Origin: Eledone cirrhosa
Taxonomy: Eukaryota
DNA length: 64,000 nt
Direction of reading: 5' to 3'
Assembly (NCBI GenBank): GCA_964016885.1
Contig: OZ024752.1
Coordinates: 21,886,001-21,950,000 of the forward strand
The position numbers and the translations under genes are program-made. The notes below the pieces were generated by a model. The model did no database searches. It was not told where the DNA came from and was given only the letters and a program-made list of their open reading frames with translations. Below, piece by piece: positions 1 to 12,689 of the stretch. The first letter of the stretch is position 1; every line of letters starts with the position of its first letter.

Positions 1-1078
1 ATAGTCTATTGGTCAATGATAGTGGTGTGAGGTGTTGTGTATATGTAACTAAAACATGATCTATTGGTCAATGTGGGGGGTGTGAGGTGTTGTGTATATG
101 TAACTAAAACATGGTCTATTGGTCAATGAGGGTGGTGTGAGGTGTTGTGTATATGTAACTAAATCATAGTCTATTGGTCAATGGGAGTGGTGTGAGGTGT
201 TGTGTATATGTAACTAAAACATGGTCTATTGGTCAATGAGTGTGGTGTGAGGTGTTGTGTATATGTAACTAAAACATGATCTATTGGTCAATGAGGGTGG
301 TGTGAGGTGTTGTGTATATGTAACTAAAACATGGTCTATTGGTCAATGAGAGTGGTGTGAGGTGTTGTGTATATGTAACTAAAACATGATCTATTGGTCA
401 ATGAGGGTGGTGTGAGGTGTTGTGTATATGTAACTAAAACATGGTCTATTGGTCAATGAGGGTGGTGTGAGGTGTTGTGTATATGTAACTAAATCATGGT
501 CTATTGGTCAATGAGAGTGGTGTGAGGTGTTGTGTATATGTAACTGAAACATGGTCTATTGGTCAATGAGAGTGGTCGGAGGTCTTGTGTATATGTAACT
601 AAAACATGTTCTGTTGGTCAATGAGAGTGGTGTGAGGTGTTGTGTATATGTAACTAAAACATTGTCTATTGGTCAATGAGAGTGGTGTGAGGTGTTGTGT
701 ATATGTAACTAAAACATTGTCTATTGGTCAATGAGAGTGGTGTGAGGTGTCTTGTATATGTAACTTAAACATGGTCTATTGGTCAATGAGAGTGGTGTGA
801 GGTGTTGTGTATATGTAACTTAAACATGGTCTATTGGTCAATGAGAGTGGTGTGAGGTGTTGTGTATATGTAACTAAAACATGGTCTATTGGTCAATGAG
901 AGTGGTGTGAGGTGTTGTGTATATGTAACTTAAACATGGTCTATTGGTCAATGAGAGTGGTGTGAGGTGTTGTGTATATGTAACTTAAACATGGTCTATT
1001 GGTCAATGGGAGTGGTGTGAGGTGTTGTGTATATGTAACTAAAACATGGTCTATAGGCCAATGAGAATATTGTGAGGT
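1..1078. repeat. 55-bp tandem minisatellite (~19.5 copies, runs off window start)
   Basis: Unit atggtctattggtcaatgagagtggtgtgaggtgttgtgtatatgtaactaaaac recurs at 1, 56, 111, 166, 221 and onward with substitutions only. Confidence 0.97.
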
Positions 1079-1375
1079 TTATCTTTATAAATATGCAGGT
1101 ACTGATTTTCTTTTTTTTTTTTTCACCTGGGAAATTGACTCCTAGTTTCTTGAAATTATCTTCTCTTTTCTTTCTATGAGTGTAACTGTTGCTGTTAGGT
1201 TTTTGTTTTCTTTCTCCGACTAAATGGCAAATTACAATTCATATATAATTGTTTGTCCAAGTCACTCAGTACAGCACCATTTACTTGATCCTTATTAGTG
1301 TACTGCATTTATAAATACAAATGAAAATGTTTAATACATAGGTATAGCTGCAGAATATATTATTAATGAGCATGC

Positions 1376-1592
1376 AGGTGGTGGATTGTCGCTATTGATA
1401 TAGCATTGGACAACATGCTTTGCGGAATTGACTTTCAGCCCTTTGTTCTGAGTTCAAATCCTGCCATGGTCAACTTTGCCTTTCATCCTTACATGGTCGA
1501 TAAAATAAAGTACCAATGGTACACTGAGGTTGATTTAATCGACTTCCCCTCTGTCAAAATTATTGGTCTTGTGTCTAAGTTAGAAGCCATTA
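1376..1592 (+). mobile_element. tRNA-derived SINE, family A (degenerate)
   Basis: B-box-like gagttcaaatcc, core ttgcctttcatcc..gtcgataaaataaagtacca and att tail; similar to 52536-52735. Confidence 0.75.
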
Positions 1593-1982
1593 TATACTTA
1601 TGTGGATTCAGTAAAAGGTTGAATTGTTAAACAGTTTCTTTCACAATCATAGTGTAACCTCTTGAGTAAGTGTCATTTACCATTGCTTTGAGTCAACTCA
1701 TGCCTTGTCACGTGAAATTGGGTTGACAGAAGTTGTTTGGAAGCCTGTTAGATGAACTGTACTTATAATTCAAAGGACCAGCTGTGTCACACACTATATC
1801 ATATTGAATATCCCTGGCAATTATGTGACATGTATATGTGTCTGTGGAATGTTTAGCTCATTACACATTAATTTCCTGAGCAGGCTGTTCCATGGATCAA
1901 ACAACTGGAACACTCAACATGGAAACTGATGGAGATCGATTCCATTCTGTATTATTAGTATTAGTATTATTACATTGCTGAA

Positions 1983-2205
1983 GGGTGTTGGGTTGGAAGA
2001 ATTAGAAGAGTGTCAGATAACATGCCTTGCAGCATATAGTTGCAACCCTTTACATCCTGTGTTCAAATCCCACTGAGGTTAGCATTGCCTTTCATCTTTA
2101 CGAGGTTGATAAAATAAAGCTCCAAGAAATGGACTGGGGTCAATTTAGTTGACTTTCCCCTCCCTTAATATTGTTGGCCTCGTGCATAAATCAGAAACCA
2201 TTATT
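1983..2205 (+). mobile_element. SINE family A
   Basis: gttcaaatcccactgagg...ttgcctttcatc...gataaaataaag...gaaaccattatta. Confidence 0.75.
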
Positions 2206-2874
2206 ACATTGCTGAAGACTTAGGATTTGGATTCACATGTGCCTGATCTACTGGAAACAGCTCCAAGATGGCTCTCTACTTATCACTCCTGTAGATAAAG
2301 CCTTCATATGTATTGTCTTTTTTGCTTCAAACTCTATACTACAAACACATATACACCTCAATAACCCTTGCCAAACTCCCTTCTTCTTCATTACCATCAG
2401 CATCACCAACAACAACAACAATAACAATTACAACATCAACTTCCCCTCCATAGACATACAGTTGCCACTTTAATACAAGCTGACTGGTTTTCATGTTATT
2501 CCTTTAATTACTTTCAAATAAAGTGCTCTCAAGCTCGCTTTTTATCCTCACCAAACACTTTAGTCTTTCTTTCTACAGAGATTTATTCCATTTTTATGGT
2601 CTATCTTTCCTATCTCAGTTAATTGTCAGTACAGTTTCTGTATATCCAGACCTACCATTGACTTGCTCTGTTTTGTCATTCACCAGTAGTCTTTTGTCCT
2701 GTAGAACTTTGTCAAAAGCAATATTGTTATCTTTTACAACAAAAAAAAAACCCTTCATCTGCACCTGTCATGAGAACCTTATAGCTAAGGTACCTACCTA
2801 TTGGTTCCATCTGTCACTCATGTCTTAATAGTTTCTTGTCAGATCTCTGCATTGCAACATGGGTTGGTGGAGCT

Positions 2875-3075
2875 CCTTCTTTGCTCACTTATTCCTGGGA
2901 GGATTGAGGAGTCAGAGTCCCCAAACACTCCTTCCAGTGCTCCAATTGATCCCAAAAAAAGACCAGCCAAGCTCATGGATGTTATTCAACCATTTTACTT
3001 GGGGTCTTCCCCTGGGTCTCCTACTGGTGGTTTTCCCCATAAAATCTGTCTAGCAATTCTGGGACATTCTGCTGA
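2875..3075 (-). mobile_element. RTE-clade LINE 3' fragment (subfamily 3, Expander-like)
   Basis: Shares gaccagccaagctcatggatgttat with 14868-15210, 9068-9237 and 23395-23595. Confidence 0.7.
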
Positions 3076-3984
3076 AGTTCTTTGTCATAAATTTTATCAA
3101 CTCTAGTATGTCCCAAGTTTTTGTTATAATTCTTAAACTGCTGGAGAGCTACCAACCCAGTCTCTTTCAACTGCACAAAGAGGTGCTCTTGCAACACTAC
3201 ACATGGACAACATAAAACTAAAACACAATCTCTGCATGACAAAAACTAAGCCCTTTCTTTAGGATCTGAATATAATTTAGTCTGAATCTCTTGTCATTTT
3301 ACAAAGCTCAAGCAAGACATATATTTAGTTACTGCTCATGGCTATGGTATTCTAATGTTACTAAATACACTAACATTACAAATTGCATCCAAAATAATCT
3401 CTTTGACTAATTGGCAAATATTTATTCACCAATACATTACAACTGTTAATTCATATTTGTGCTGTTTCTTCTCTTTGCCTCTTCTACTACAATGACCTCT
3501 GTTTCGCTAAACTAGATTATTATATACAACTATTACTCTACCCCTCACCATTGCATTTATCTCTGTTCCTATCATTACTCCTGCTGTAACTCACTTCTCT
3601 CAAACCTTGCACTAAACATGTTTTTCCCAACCCTTCATCTACAAAACCGATTCCCTCTAGAATTTCCTCTCTACCTATATTTCTACTAGACATATAGCTA
3701 TAAAAGCTAAAGAGGGAGCTTCTATATGATCATGCAATCTGCTTCAAATTACACCCTACTGACCTAAATAAGGAGAGGACACATTAAATAATACAATCTT
3801 ATTCCTAAAAGGATAAGATAGTCATAGTTGGTATGTCTTTGTTGACTTTGGGCTAAACAACAACGTATAGTCATTCAAAATATACACCAATCTCTTCAAT
3901 CTCACCAGGGTAAGAGATCCTAGAACCTATAATATTCATGTCCTTTCATTAACTAATTGATTGATTCAAATTAACAAGATTAAC

Positions 3985-4193
3985 AAGTGGAACTTGTCAG
4001 ATCGGATCAAGGAAACAATGTTTCCAGTGGTCTTTCCAATTGCTGATATTATCTATCTGTCACAACTCCTGGTAGAAGGAGCAATGTGAAATAAAGCATC
4101 TTACTCAAGGACACAATACATCGCCTGGCTTGGGATTCACACTCACAACCTCATGAGTGTGAATCCAACTCCTTAACCACTAAGCCACATGCT
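3985..4193 (-). mobile_element. tRNA-derived SINE, family B
   Basis: gtgaaataaag..cttactcaaggacac and aaccactaagccac head; aligns by eye with 47597-47803, 53078-53260 and 56944-57146. Confidence 0.75.
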
Positions 4194-4928
4194 TTTATGA
4201 AATGGCCATTGGATATTTTCATAAGTTCTTTTTCAATATAATAAAGTAAGAGTACAGGGGCCGATATAAATGACTTTCAAACTCTCTCACCACTAAGCCT
4301 TCACTTAACTAATAAAAGATATAAAGAAAATAATTTTCCCTAATTTGCAGATAACCCTCATAGTTAAAACATTTTTTTTTGCTAGGATATAAAAACATTG
4401 CAACTTTTGAAGGGTATTAATATATTGAATATACCTCCTTGATATACAACTATGACATAACATGAGACCCTTCTTCATCTCAGTTGTGATTGACCATGGG
4501 TTTACACCTAGAAAGTTACTCTCCAAAGCATAAGCCTGGGTAAAATGTTTTTGTTGAGGACCAGCAGTTGCCCAAATATACCAGTCACCTCTCTCCACAT
4601 TACCAATATTGTCCAAGAAAAAGGTATATGCCAATACAGTTTGGCACTGGTGTCGTTGTAACTCATTTTTAATCAGCTAAATCAAATGGAGAGAAGTGAA
4701 ATAAAGTGTCTTGTTCAAGGACACAATGCAATGACCAGTCCAGAAACCAAATTCATGACTGCAAGCCTACACTCTAAACACCATATACAGGTATACTGAG
4801 TATTTCTAAACTCATGTTTGTATGTTTATATGAGTTTAAACAATTTTGTGACTACCAATAGGTAGTAAGATTACCACCCACCAAGGGTTTATTTTAATGT
4901 AGTGTGTTGAGAGGCAAGTCAGACTGGT

Positions 4929-5148
4929 TTAACCCTTTAACATTTACATTACTCTATATTTACTATTGTATTTTCATGGTAAACATTTTCACATACTATC
5001 TCATATAATATCGAATCTCAAGATTTTGATATTTATTTTGAGAACAATACCTTAACATAAGTATGAGTAGCCGGTTATGGCCAGTTTAAACTGAAGGAGG
5101 TGAGAGAATTCTGGCTGGATACAGCCAGTTTAAATGCTAAAGGGTTAA
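4929..5148. mobile_element. piggyBac-like MITE (212 bp) with TTAA target duplication
   Basis: ttaa|ccctttaacattta ... taaatgctaaaggg|ttaa; further copies at 7523-7736, 8611-8824 and 13671-13904. Confidence 0.8.
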
Positions 5149-5295
5149 ACTTGTTTCTCTCCATACCACTCTGATATCAGTCAGAAATCACAAGAACAAA
5201 CAAATATTGAAATAAAGTGACTGAAGCAGGAATTGAACTGGTATTGCTCATTCAATATGTCAGCTGTGTACCACTACTCTATGGTATTCATGTAA

Positions 5296-5615
5296 AGGTG
5301 CATGGCTTAGTTGTTAGGGTATTGGCCCACAATCATAAGCTTGTGAGTTCGATTACCAGTAGTATGTTGTGTTCTTGAACAAGATACTTTATTTCACATT
5401 GGTCCAGTCCACTCAGCAGGTAAAAATGAGTTGTACCTGTAATTTGAAGGGCCAGCCTTGTCAGATTCTGTGTCATACTGAATCTCTCTGAGAACTACAT
5501 TAGAGGTGCACGTGTCTGTGAAATTCTCAGCTACTTGCACGTTAATTTCACATGCAAGCTGTTGTGCTGATTGTATCAACTGGAATACTGGTCGTTGTAA
5601 CCAATGGAGTGCCAG
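5296..5615 (+). mobile_element. tRNA-derived SINE, longer-bodied family
   Basis: A-box-like tggcttagttgttag, B-box-like gagttcgattacc, then tttatttcacatt..ccagtccactcagc; body resembles ~1760-1935 and head resembles 60753. Confidence 0.7.
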
Positions 5616-5989
5616 TTTTATGGTACACATGTATTGTTTGTTCACCTTGTCAGCTATCACGACTATGGTGGTATTCATGTATTCTTTTAACCTTTTATTC
5701 TTTTACTGGTTTCAGCCACCATTAGACTGTGGTCATGCTGGAGCACCACCATGTATATGTATTATATGTATACAAAAATATTTATGAATTTAAATATCTA
5801 TATATTTAAAAATATGTATGTGTACTCACATGAGGTATTAAAAAAAATTTCAAAAACATTTTTACACTTAAATTTCCATGGAATGTTGGGTTAGATGGGA
5901 TTGCAAATTTACATATATTAAAAACATAACTGCTAACATGGAATGTCTTCTTTTTTTTTATTAAGAACTGCTCAATTGTGAAATTGATA

Positions 5990-6640
5990 TGACCAAGGCT
6001 GGTTTTTTATTCTTCTGGGATTGATATAATAAAGTACTAGTCAAAGACTGGGGTCAATTTTATTTACTACCACAACACCTCAAAAAATATTATAGCCTTG
6101 TGTCTATGTTAAAAATTATTATTATTATGATTTCAAATCCCACCGAGGGTAGCTTTGCCTTTCATCCTTGCAAGGTCAATAAAATAAAGCACCAGTAATG
6201 CACTGGGGTCAATTTAATTGACTTTCCCCTTCCGTAAAATTGTTGGCCTTGTGCCTAAATCAGAAACCATTATTATTATTATTATTATGAAGTTGACTTT
6301 ATCCTTCATCCTTCCAAGGTCGATAAAATATGTACCCTTTTAAGTACCAGGGTAGATTTCATCGACTACACCCTTCTCCATAAATTTGCAATCTTGTGTC
6401 CCTAATAACTGATGAAAATTACCATCAGAATAAGATACATGGTATTTTGTTTCATTCTTTTATGTGTTCAGATCCTGCCAGGGTTTATAAAATATAATCA
6501 ATTAAATTCACCCAGTGTGCCTTGTACAACAAGGCACACTGGGGTGAATTTAATTGACTATATTTAATTGACTATATTTAATTGACTATATATCTCTTCC
6601 TTGAAGTTTCTGACCTTGTGTCTATGTTATAAATTGTTGT
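5990..6640 (+). mobile_element. Tandem cluster of 3-4 SINE family A fragments
   Basis: Repeated aaataaagtac/gcaccagt..ctggggtcaatttaattgact..ccttgtg..(att)n modules. Confidence 0.7.
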
Positions 6641-7522
6641 TGTTCTGGTTGTTATTATTATTTCAATGAACAAAATACAGGTAGAACACTGATGTTCCAG
6701 CACCCTTGGTTCCTGACCCATGCTGGATTATCTATTTTGCTGGATAATATAATAAATAATTCCCAAGAAACCTATTACAAAGTTAAAACTCTCTCCCTAT
6801 GCCTCAACTATCGTGTAAATGTTTAAACTCAGATCTAATGCCATTCAGCCTTTTTGGTAAGTTGTGAGAAATTCGAATGCTAGCATGGAAAATGGACGTT
6901 AAACGACAATGATGACGATGATGATGATGTCTGGATAAAAAGAGGTACTGGATCGTTAGTTGCTGTAAAATGTTGCACCATAATAGGGACAATACAAAAA
7001 TAGGGATCAGTGAAGATTTACATAAAACATGTTAAAAAAAAAGATAACAGTAAACAATTAACAATAAATTAATAACAATAAAATTCCCCAATAAGAAGGA
7101 ATACCACTCAGGGGTAACTTAGGAACCTTACAGATCTTAAACCACCCTAATATCCAAGACCACCATCAGAAGGTACTCCTCTGCTCCCTAAACTCTCCAG
7201 CCTACAGGTACATGGTCAGTGTAGTTCCTGTACCTGTGGTAATAATACTTTCTTACATAAAAGAAAAGAATATATGATAATGATAGAATCCACCAGCTTA
7301 ACTCTTAACGTCCTGTAACACATGAGACCACATTAGCAAGACATTCTTGGAATGCATAAAACAACACTATGACTGCATCATATCAACAAGTAATTATTTA
7401 GGCTAATACTGCAAATTTTCACAACAATTTGTCCACTACTAAAGATACTATAAACATTTTAATTTACAAATCCATGTTTAGATATTTTCCTTTTCTGCTA
7501 AATCATTACAGAATTTTAAGAG

Positions 7523-7736
7523 TTAACCCTTTACCATTTACATTACTCTATATTTACTATTGTATTTTCACAGTAAAGGCTTTACCTCACATAATTATCT
7601 CACATAATATCGAATTTTGGAGATTTTGAGAACAAAACCTTAACATAGGTATGAGCAGCTAGTTACAACCGGTTTGAACAGAAAGAGGTGAGAGAGTTCT
7701 GGCTGGATATGGCCAGTTTAAATGCTAAAGAGTTGA
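7523..7736. mobile_element. piggyBac-like MITE copy
   Basis: ttaacccttta...aatgctaaagagttga; homologous to 4929-5148. Confidence 0.75.
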
Positions 7737-8576
7737 AGAAAACTAATCTACTGCCACTAGCTAGATTTGAACACCTGCCAGTTTAAAACATGTTGGTCAT
7801 ATTTGGACACTACTTACTGAATATCACATGTTTTGACTAATTTCTTATACTGGCACAAAACAAAATGAGATTATGTCATTCCTGTGTTTTTAAAGCTGGA
7901 ATAAATGTCAAATTTAACTCTGATGGGACTTGAGTTTAAAACATAGAGATACTTAGACCTGTAACTACCTCTCTACTACCCTGATGATAATGATAATGAG
8001 GATAATAATAAAAAATAAATTAATAATAATAATAATAAATAATAATAATAATAATAATAATTGTTTCTACTTTTGTCACAAGGCCAGCTATTACCCCAGT
8101 GCATTACTGGTACTTTATTTTATCGACCTCGTAAGGATGAAAGGCAAAGTTAACCTTGGCGGGATTTGAACTCAGAATGGAAAGGGCCGTAACTCTTTGT
8201 GTCATAGCGTCTGGCCCAAATCATCAGATCTGCACCTTGATGTCCTTCCTTGCAGGGTCAGCAAATATGACTTATAAAAGATTGGGGAATTAGGAATAGC
8301 ACATATTCTCAGACGAACTCTCTCTTGACAATGAAAACTTCTATTGCCCTAGGTTCAAAGCCTGAACCTGGCAACAGGGAAACAAAAGAGAACCAAGTGA
8401 AATATCCTTATTAGTCGATAAAATAAAGTACCAGTAATGCACTGGGTAATTGCTGGCCTTGTGCCTAAAGTAGAAACAATTATTATTATTTCGGTAGAAG
8501 GTTGGATGCCATGTTTTGCAGCATAGAGTTACAGCCCTTTATGGTCTGAATTCAAATCCCTCTGAGGTTAACTTTG

Positions 8577-8843
8577 CCTTTTCTGCTAAATCATTACAGA
8601 ATTTTAAGAGTTAACCCTTTACCATTTACATTACTCTATATTTACTATTGTATTTTCACAGTAAAGGCTTTACCTCACATAATTATCTCACATAATATCG
8701 AATTTTGGAGATTTTGAGAACAAAACCTTAACATAGGTATGAGCAGCTAGTTACAACCGGTTTGAACAGAAAGAGGTGAGAGAGTTCTGGCTGGATATGG
8801 CCAGTTTAAATGCTAAAGAGTTGAAGAAAACTAATCTACTGCC
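8577..8843 (+). repeat. 267-bp direct duplication of 7489-7755 inserted into a family A SINE (~8490-8915)
   Basis: The two segments appear identical; the flanks actttgcctt / ccttacggggtcgataaa are contiguous in the SINE consensus. Confidence 0.9.
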
Positions 8844-9067
8844 TTACGGGGTCGATAAAATAAAGTACCAGTAATACACTGGGATAATTGCTGGCCTTGT
8901 GCCAAAAGTAGAAACAATTATTATTATTATTATTTGGTTATTTCACTGGTTATATTATCTTACTCTAAATCATCATTATCATCATCATCATCATCAATGA
9001 CATACATTGTAAATATACATTGTAATGATAATGTCTGGATAAATTGTAATCTAATTAACAATAAGTC

Positions 9068-9237
9068 ATCTTCTTCTTTGCCCACTTATTCATGGGAGGG
9101 TCGTGGAAGAAGAGTCCTCATGTACTTCTTCCAGTGGGTCCGGTCAGAAGCAACCATCTTCAATTGCTCCAGCTGGATCTCCAAGCAAGACCAGCTGAGC
9201 TCATGGATGTTATCAAACCATCTTGCTTGGGGTCTAT
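9068..9237 (-). mobile_element. RTE 3' fragment (subfamily 3)
   Basis: (ctt)n tail and gagtcctca..cttccagtgggtccggtcagaagcaaccatct matching the 14868 copy. Confidence 0.7.
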
Positions 9238-9677
9238 ATCTGAATCTCTTTAGAGTTGAGGATGTTGAAACAGAGTGGAGACTGTTCAGCTAAGCAGTTT
9301 CTGCTTCAGCTGTTAAACAATAAGTCATCTAAGAGACTTAGACATTTAATAAAAACTGAAATAATTGATGGAAGAACAACAGCCGAACAATTAAAAATTT
9401 CTCTGTATTTATAAAAACTGAAAATTCTTCTTATATTGTATCTCAAATATATTAAAGTCTTTTTAAATTTTCACTCAAAAATCTTGTTTCTTGTATTTTA
9501 CAAAAAATAAAAAATGACATTTTTTCTTGGTATAGTTTTTGTAGTTATGACTAAAGTTGATGTTATATATAAATTATTGTGTACATTGCTCAGGTGCACT
9601 ACAACTCACCAAAGGTGCATGTATAGTACATAGAATAATATACAAATGTCAGGAAAGTGAACAGTGTATGAGTCATG

Positions 9678-9679
<2 letters not shown>

Positions 9680-9714
<35 letters not shown>

Positions 9715-9734
9715 TGTGTGTGTGTGTGTGTGTG
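9680..9734. repeat. Inverted dinucleotide tract (AC)n(GT)n
   Basis: acac...acacgtgtgt...gtg read directly. Confidence 0.9.
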
Positions 9735-10359
9735 AAGGGGGAATATCAGGTGTAGTATTGGCAATGTCTTCTTCTTTTGAACCCCTGTATCATTGGGGAT
9801 AGGGCCTGGAGTTTTAATTCGAGAAAATATCCCTTCAAGATATGATCAACAGTTCAAGGAGTGGTACCTGCACAAAGAAACACAAAATAAATTTAGTATA
9901 CATCAGTCAACACTATAAGATATCTACTTTGAGATACTAAGATTAGATTAGGAGACTGACACACTGCCTACTGTGCTACCAAAGCAGACCCAGGTGGATT
10001 GTTCAGCTGTGTTGAACACCCCTATAGCTGGTACCTCGATAAAAGTTCAAATCCCTGGTCACCTGGTCACCAGAAAAGCAGTAACCAGTAGATAGTAGCA
10101 GTAATAAAAAGATCAAAGGAAATATAGTTTACTTGGTCCATGACCATCAGTTCTTTTCTATTATAAGTAAAGGAAAGACTAACCCAACCACATGATACAT
10201 CAATTACTAAAGGATGCAGTATCATAGCAGCTGGTATGATGTGTTAAAAGAGTGAGATATGCTCTAGTAGAGAAATCTTTCATTCTGGATCATTGGCCAT
10301 TGCAATTTATTTTACAGGTGAGCTCAACAAATTGCCGGGTACGTCCTTATATTATCATA

Positions 10360-10549
10360 ATTGTTTCTACTTTTGGCACAAGGCCAGCAATTATCCCAGT
10401 ACATTACTGGTACTTTATTTTATCGACCCCCGTAAGGATGAAAGCAAAGTTAACCTCGACGGGATTTGAACTCAGACCATAAAGGGCCGTAACTCTTTGC
10501 TGCAAAACATGGCGTCCGACTCTCTACCGATACTGCCAATCCACCGCCC
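10360..10549 (-). mobile_element. SINE family A, near full length
   Basis: Reverse complement of 52536-52735: ttgtttctactt...gggatttgaactcag...actgccaatccaccgcc. Confidence 0.85.
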
Positions 10550-10692
10550 TATCATAATATGATTTTAATATCATTCACATGTCTTCTTAAACTATCGGTC
10601 ATGTTGATGCTCTTTGTAGGTATGGTATGGTCCTATAACTGCTCATGGAGTTGTAAGGGCACTGTAGTGGCATACAATGTTTCTTGGGCATA

Positions 10693-10909
10693 TTAACCCT
10701 TTCATAGTCACATTTCTAATTAATTAATGAAGAAGCTTGAGGGATTTACTAAAATTATTAATTATTTTATTACTAACATAATAACTTAAATGGTTCTTAT
10801 ATAAAATTATGTTGAAAGATTTTAATTTAAATTGGAAACTACAAAAATGGGTGGCTTTATTTCATAGAACCAGAGTCAGTTTTGGCCAGTTTGGTAACTA
10901 AGGGGTTAA
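10693..10909. mobile_element. Second piggyBac-like MITE family (degenerate)
   Basis: ttaa|ccctttcatagtcac ... gtaactaagggg|ttaa. Confidence 0.5.
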
Positions 10910-11458
10910 GCCTAGTATAGCCTAACCCTCTCCAGGTCTGAATACAGCAGAATACTTTCAGAGAAAGGTAGAAAGTGAGAAAGAGATATTGAGGAAGAAT
11001 CGATCCCAGTACTGGACTGGTATTTTTTTTTATCAACCTCAAAAGGACGAAAGGCAAAGTTGACCTTGACGGGATTTGAACTGAGAGAAGGTGAGAGCCA
11101 GAAAGAATACCATAAATCATTCTATCTGATGTTCTAACAACTCTGCCTATTTGCTTCCTGCCCATAGCAGATTAAAATATAATTCACTACTAAGGCACAG
11201 GTTGGCTTTGTAAACCCCATAATAGGTTTTATATTCACTATTGGGTCATTTTGAGACAATGTTTTATGGTTGGATGCCCTTCAGGGTGCCAACCGTTTTA
11301 GTTACCCCATATGATATACAGGGATACAGTGTATGTGTATCTATTCTGAACTGACTACACACAGGAGGATAGATACACATCATAAAACTATTCTTTACAT
11401 TAAAACAGTAGTCACTTTAAATAGATCTGACCATGTGCAAACATGGTAAAGAACATGC

Positions 11459-11962
11459 AATTGTTTCTACTTTTGGCACAAGACCAGCGTATTACTGGTG
11501 CTTTATTTTATCGACCCCGTAAGGATGAAAGGCAAAGTTTAACCTTGGCAGGATTTGAACTCAGACTGTAAAGGGCCATAACTGTATGCTGCAAAGCATG
11601 GCATCCAATCCTCTACTGATACTGCCAATCCACTGCCTTTTAAAGAACATATAATGCCATAACATTAGTATAACAATAATACCACAGACAGGGTAAATAG
11701 ATACAGTGGGCAGACATTGACCAAGTACGTTTATATATTAATAATGGTTTCTGATTTAAGCACAAGGCTAACAATTTTGGAGGGAGAGGTAAGTCAATTA
11801 AATCGACCCTAGTGCGTTACTGGTGCTTTATTTTATTGACCTCATACGGAAGAAAGGCAAAGTTAACTCCAGCAATATTTGAACACAGAACGTAAAGGGA
11901 TGTAACTCTATATTGCAAGGCATGTTGTCTGACACACTACCGACACTGCCAATCAACTGCCC
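11459..11962 (-). mobile_element. Two SINE family A copies (11459-11637, 11743-11962)
   Basis: Both carry ctggtgctttattttat, aaggcaaagtt and actgccaatc motifs. Confidence 0.8.
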
Positions 11963-11977
11963 TTGTTTAAATATTAA

Positions 11978-12218
11978 CTAGCAAAAGAGCCTGTCATTGC
12001 CGAGCACACCTTTCACCACTGTAAATAAAGACCCCCTCTCTCCTCAATATGGTCGTCTTTAAATTGCCCCAGAACTCTGTTATTTTAAGGGAGAGCAAGA
12101 TTTAAATGATATGTTGAAGCTAAATAACCTATGTATCAAATTTGAACAAAATCGGATGGAAACTGTGGAAATGCACCGACTACATACAGACAGACATTTT
12201 TGTTTTTATATATAAAGA
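11978..12218 (-). mobile_element. Probable non-autonomous Helitron
   Basis: On minus: 5' TCTTTATATATAAA..(gtct)n, with a degenerate GC-rich hairpin before the 3' CTAG|T; no target duplication. Confidence 0.45.
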
Positions 12219-12689
12219 ATAGAGAACAAAGCAATAGTCCAACCTGAAAAGATAAACCATATAATTTTCTGACTTCTGAATTCCCCTCGTGAATTTGCAA
12301 TTTTTACATGGTGGTGTTGTACTACTCATTAAGTTGCCTTGAGAAGTAGCATGATTTAGCTGTGTTAGTAGTTTGGGATGTGTTGGATATTGTATATTAA
12401 CAGCAATAGTATTTGAGAAATGAATAATCTGTTGGAAATATTACTTCAGATGATAAATAATGGAGGTGCATGACTTAGTTTAAATGTGTTGGACTTACGA
12501 TCATAATGCCATGGGTTCAATTCCTGGACTAGGTTGGGTGTACCAGTAGTAGCTGGATAGCACTATCCAACACACACCCACATCACTACTTTTCAAAGAT
12601 ACATCCTCAGATTTAGAAATTTACAGTGACATGTTTATTCTGAAACACTACCTGAGAATTACTGTGAATTAAAGTGTTCATTCAGAGTT

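Noticed and set aside
4305-4634. 109-aa minus-strand ORF with non-repetitive composition
   Set aside because: Starts at a non-ATG codon, has no recognisable motif and no convincing splice sites
6675-6760. ta|caggtagaac as a possible pogo/Tigger-like terminus
   Set aside because: No matching opposite terminal inverted repeat was found
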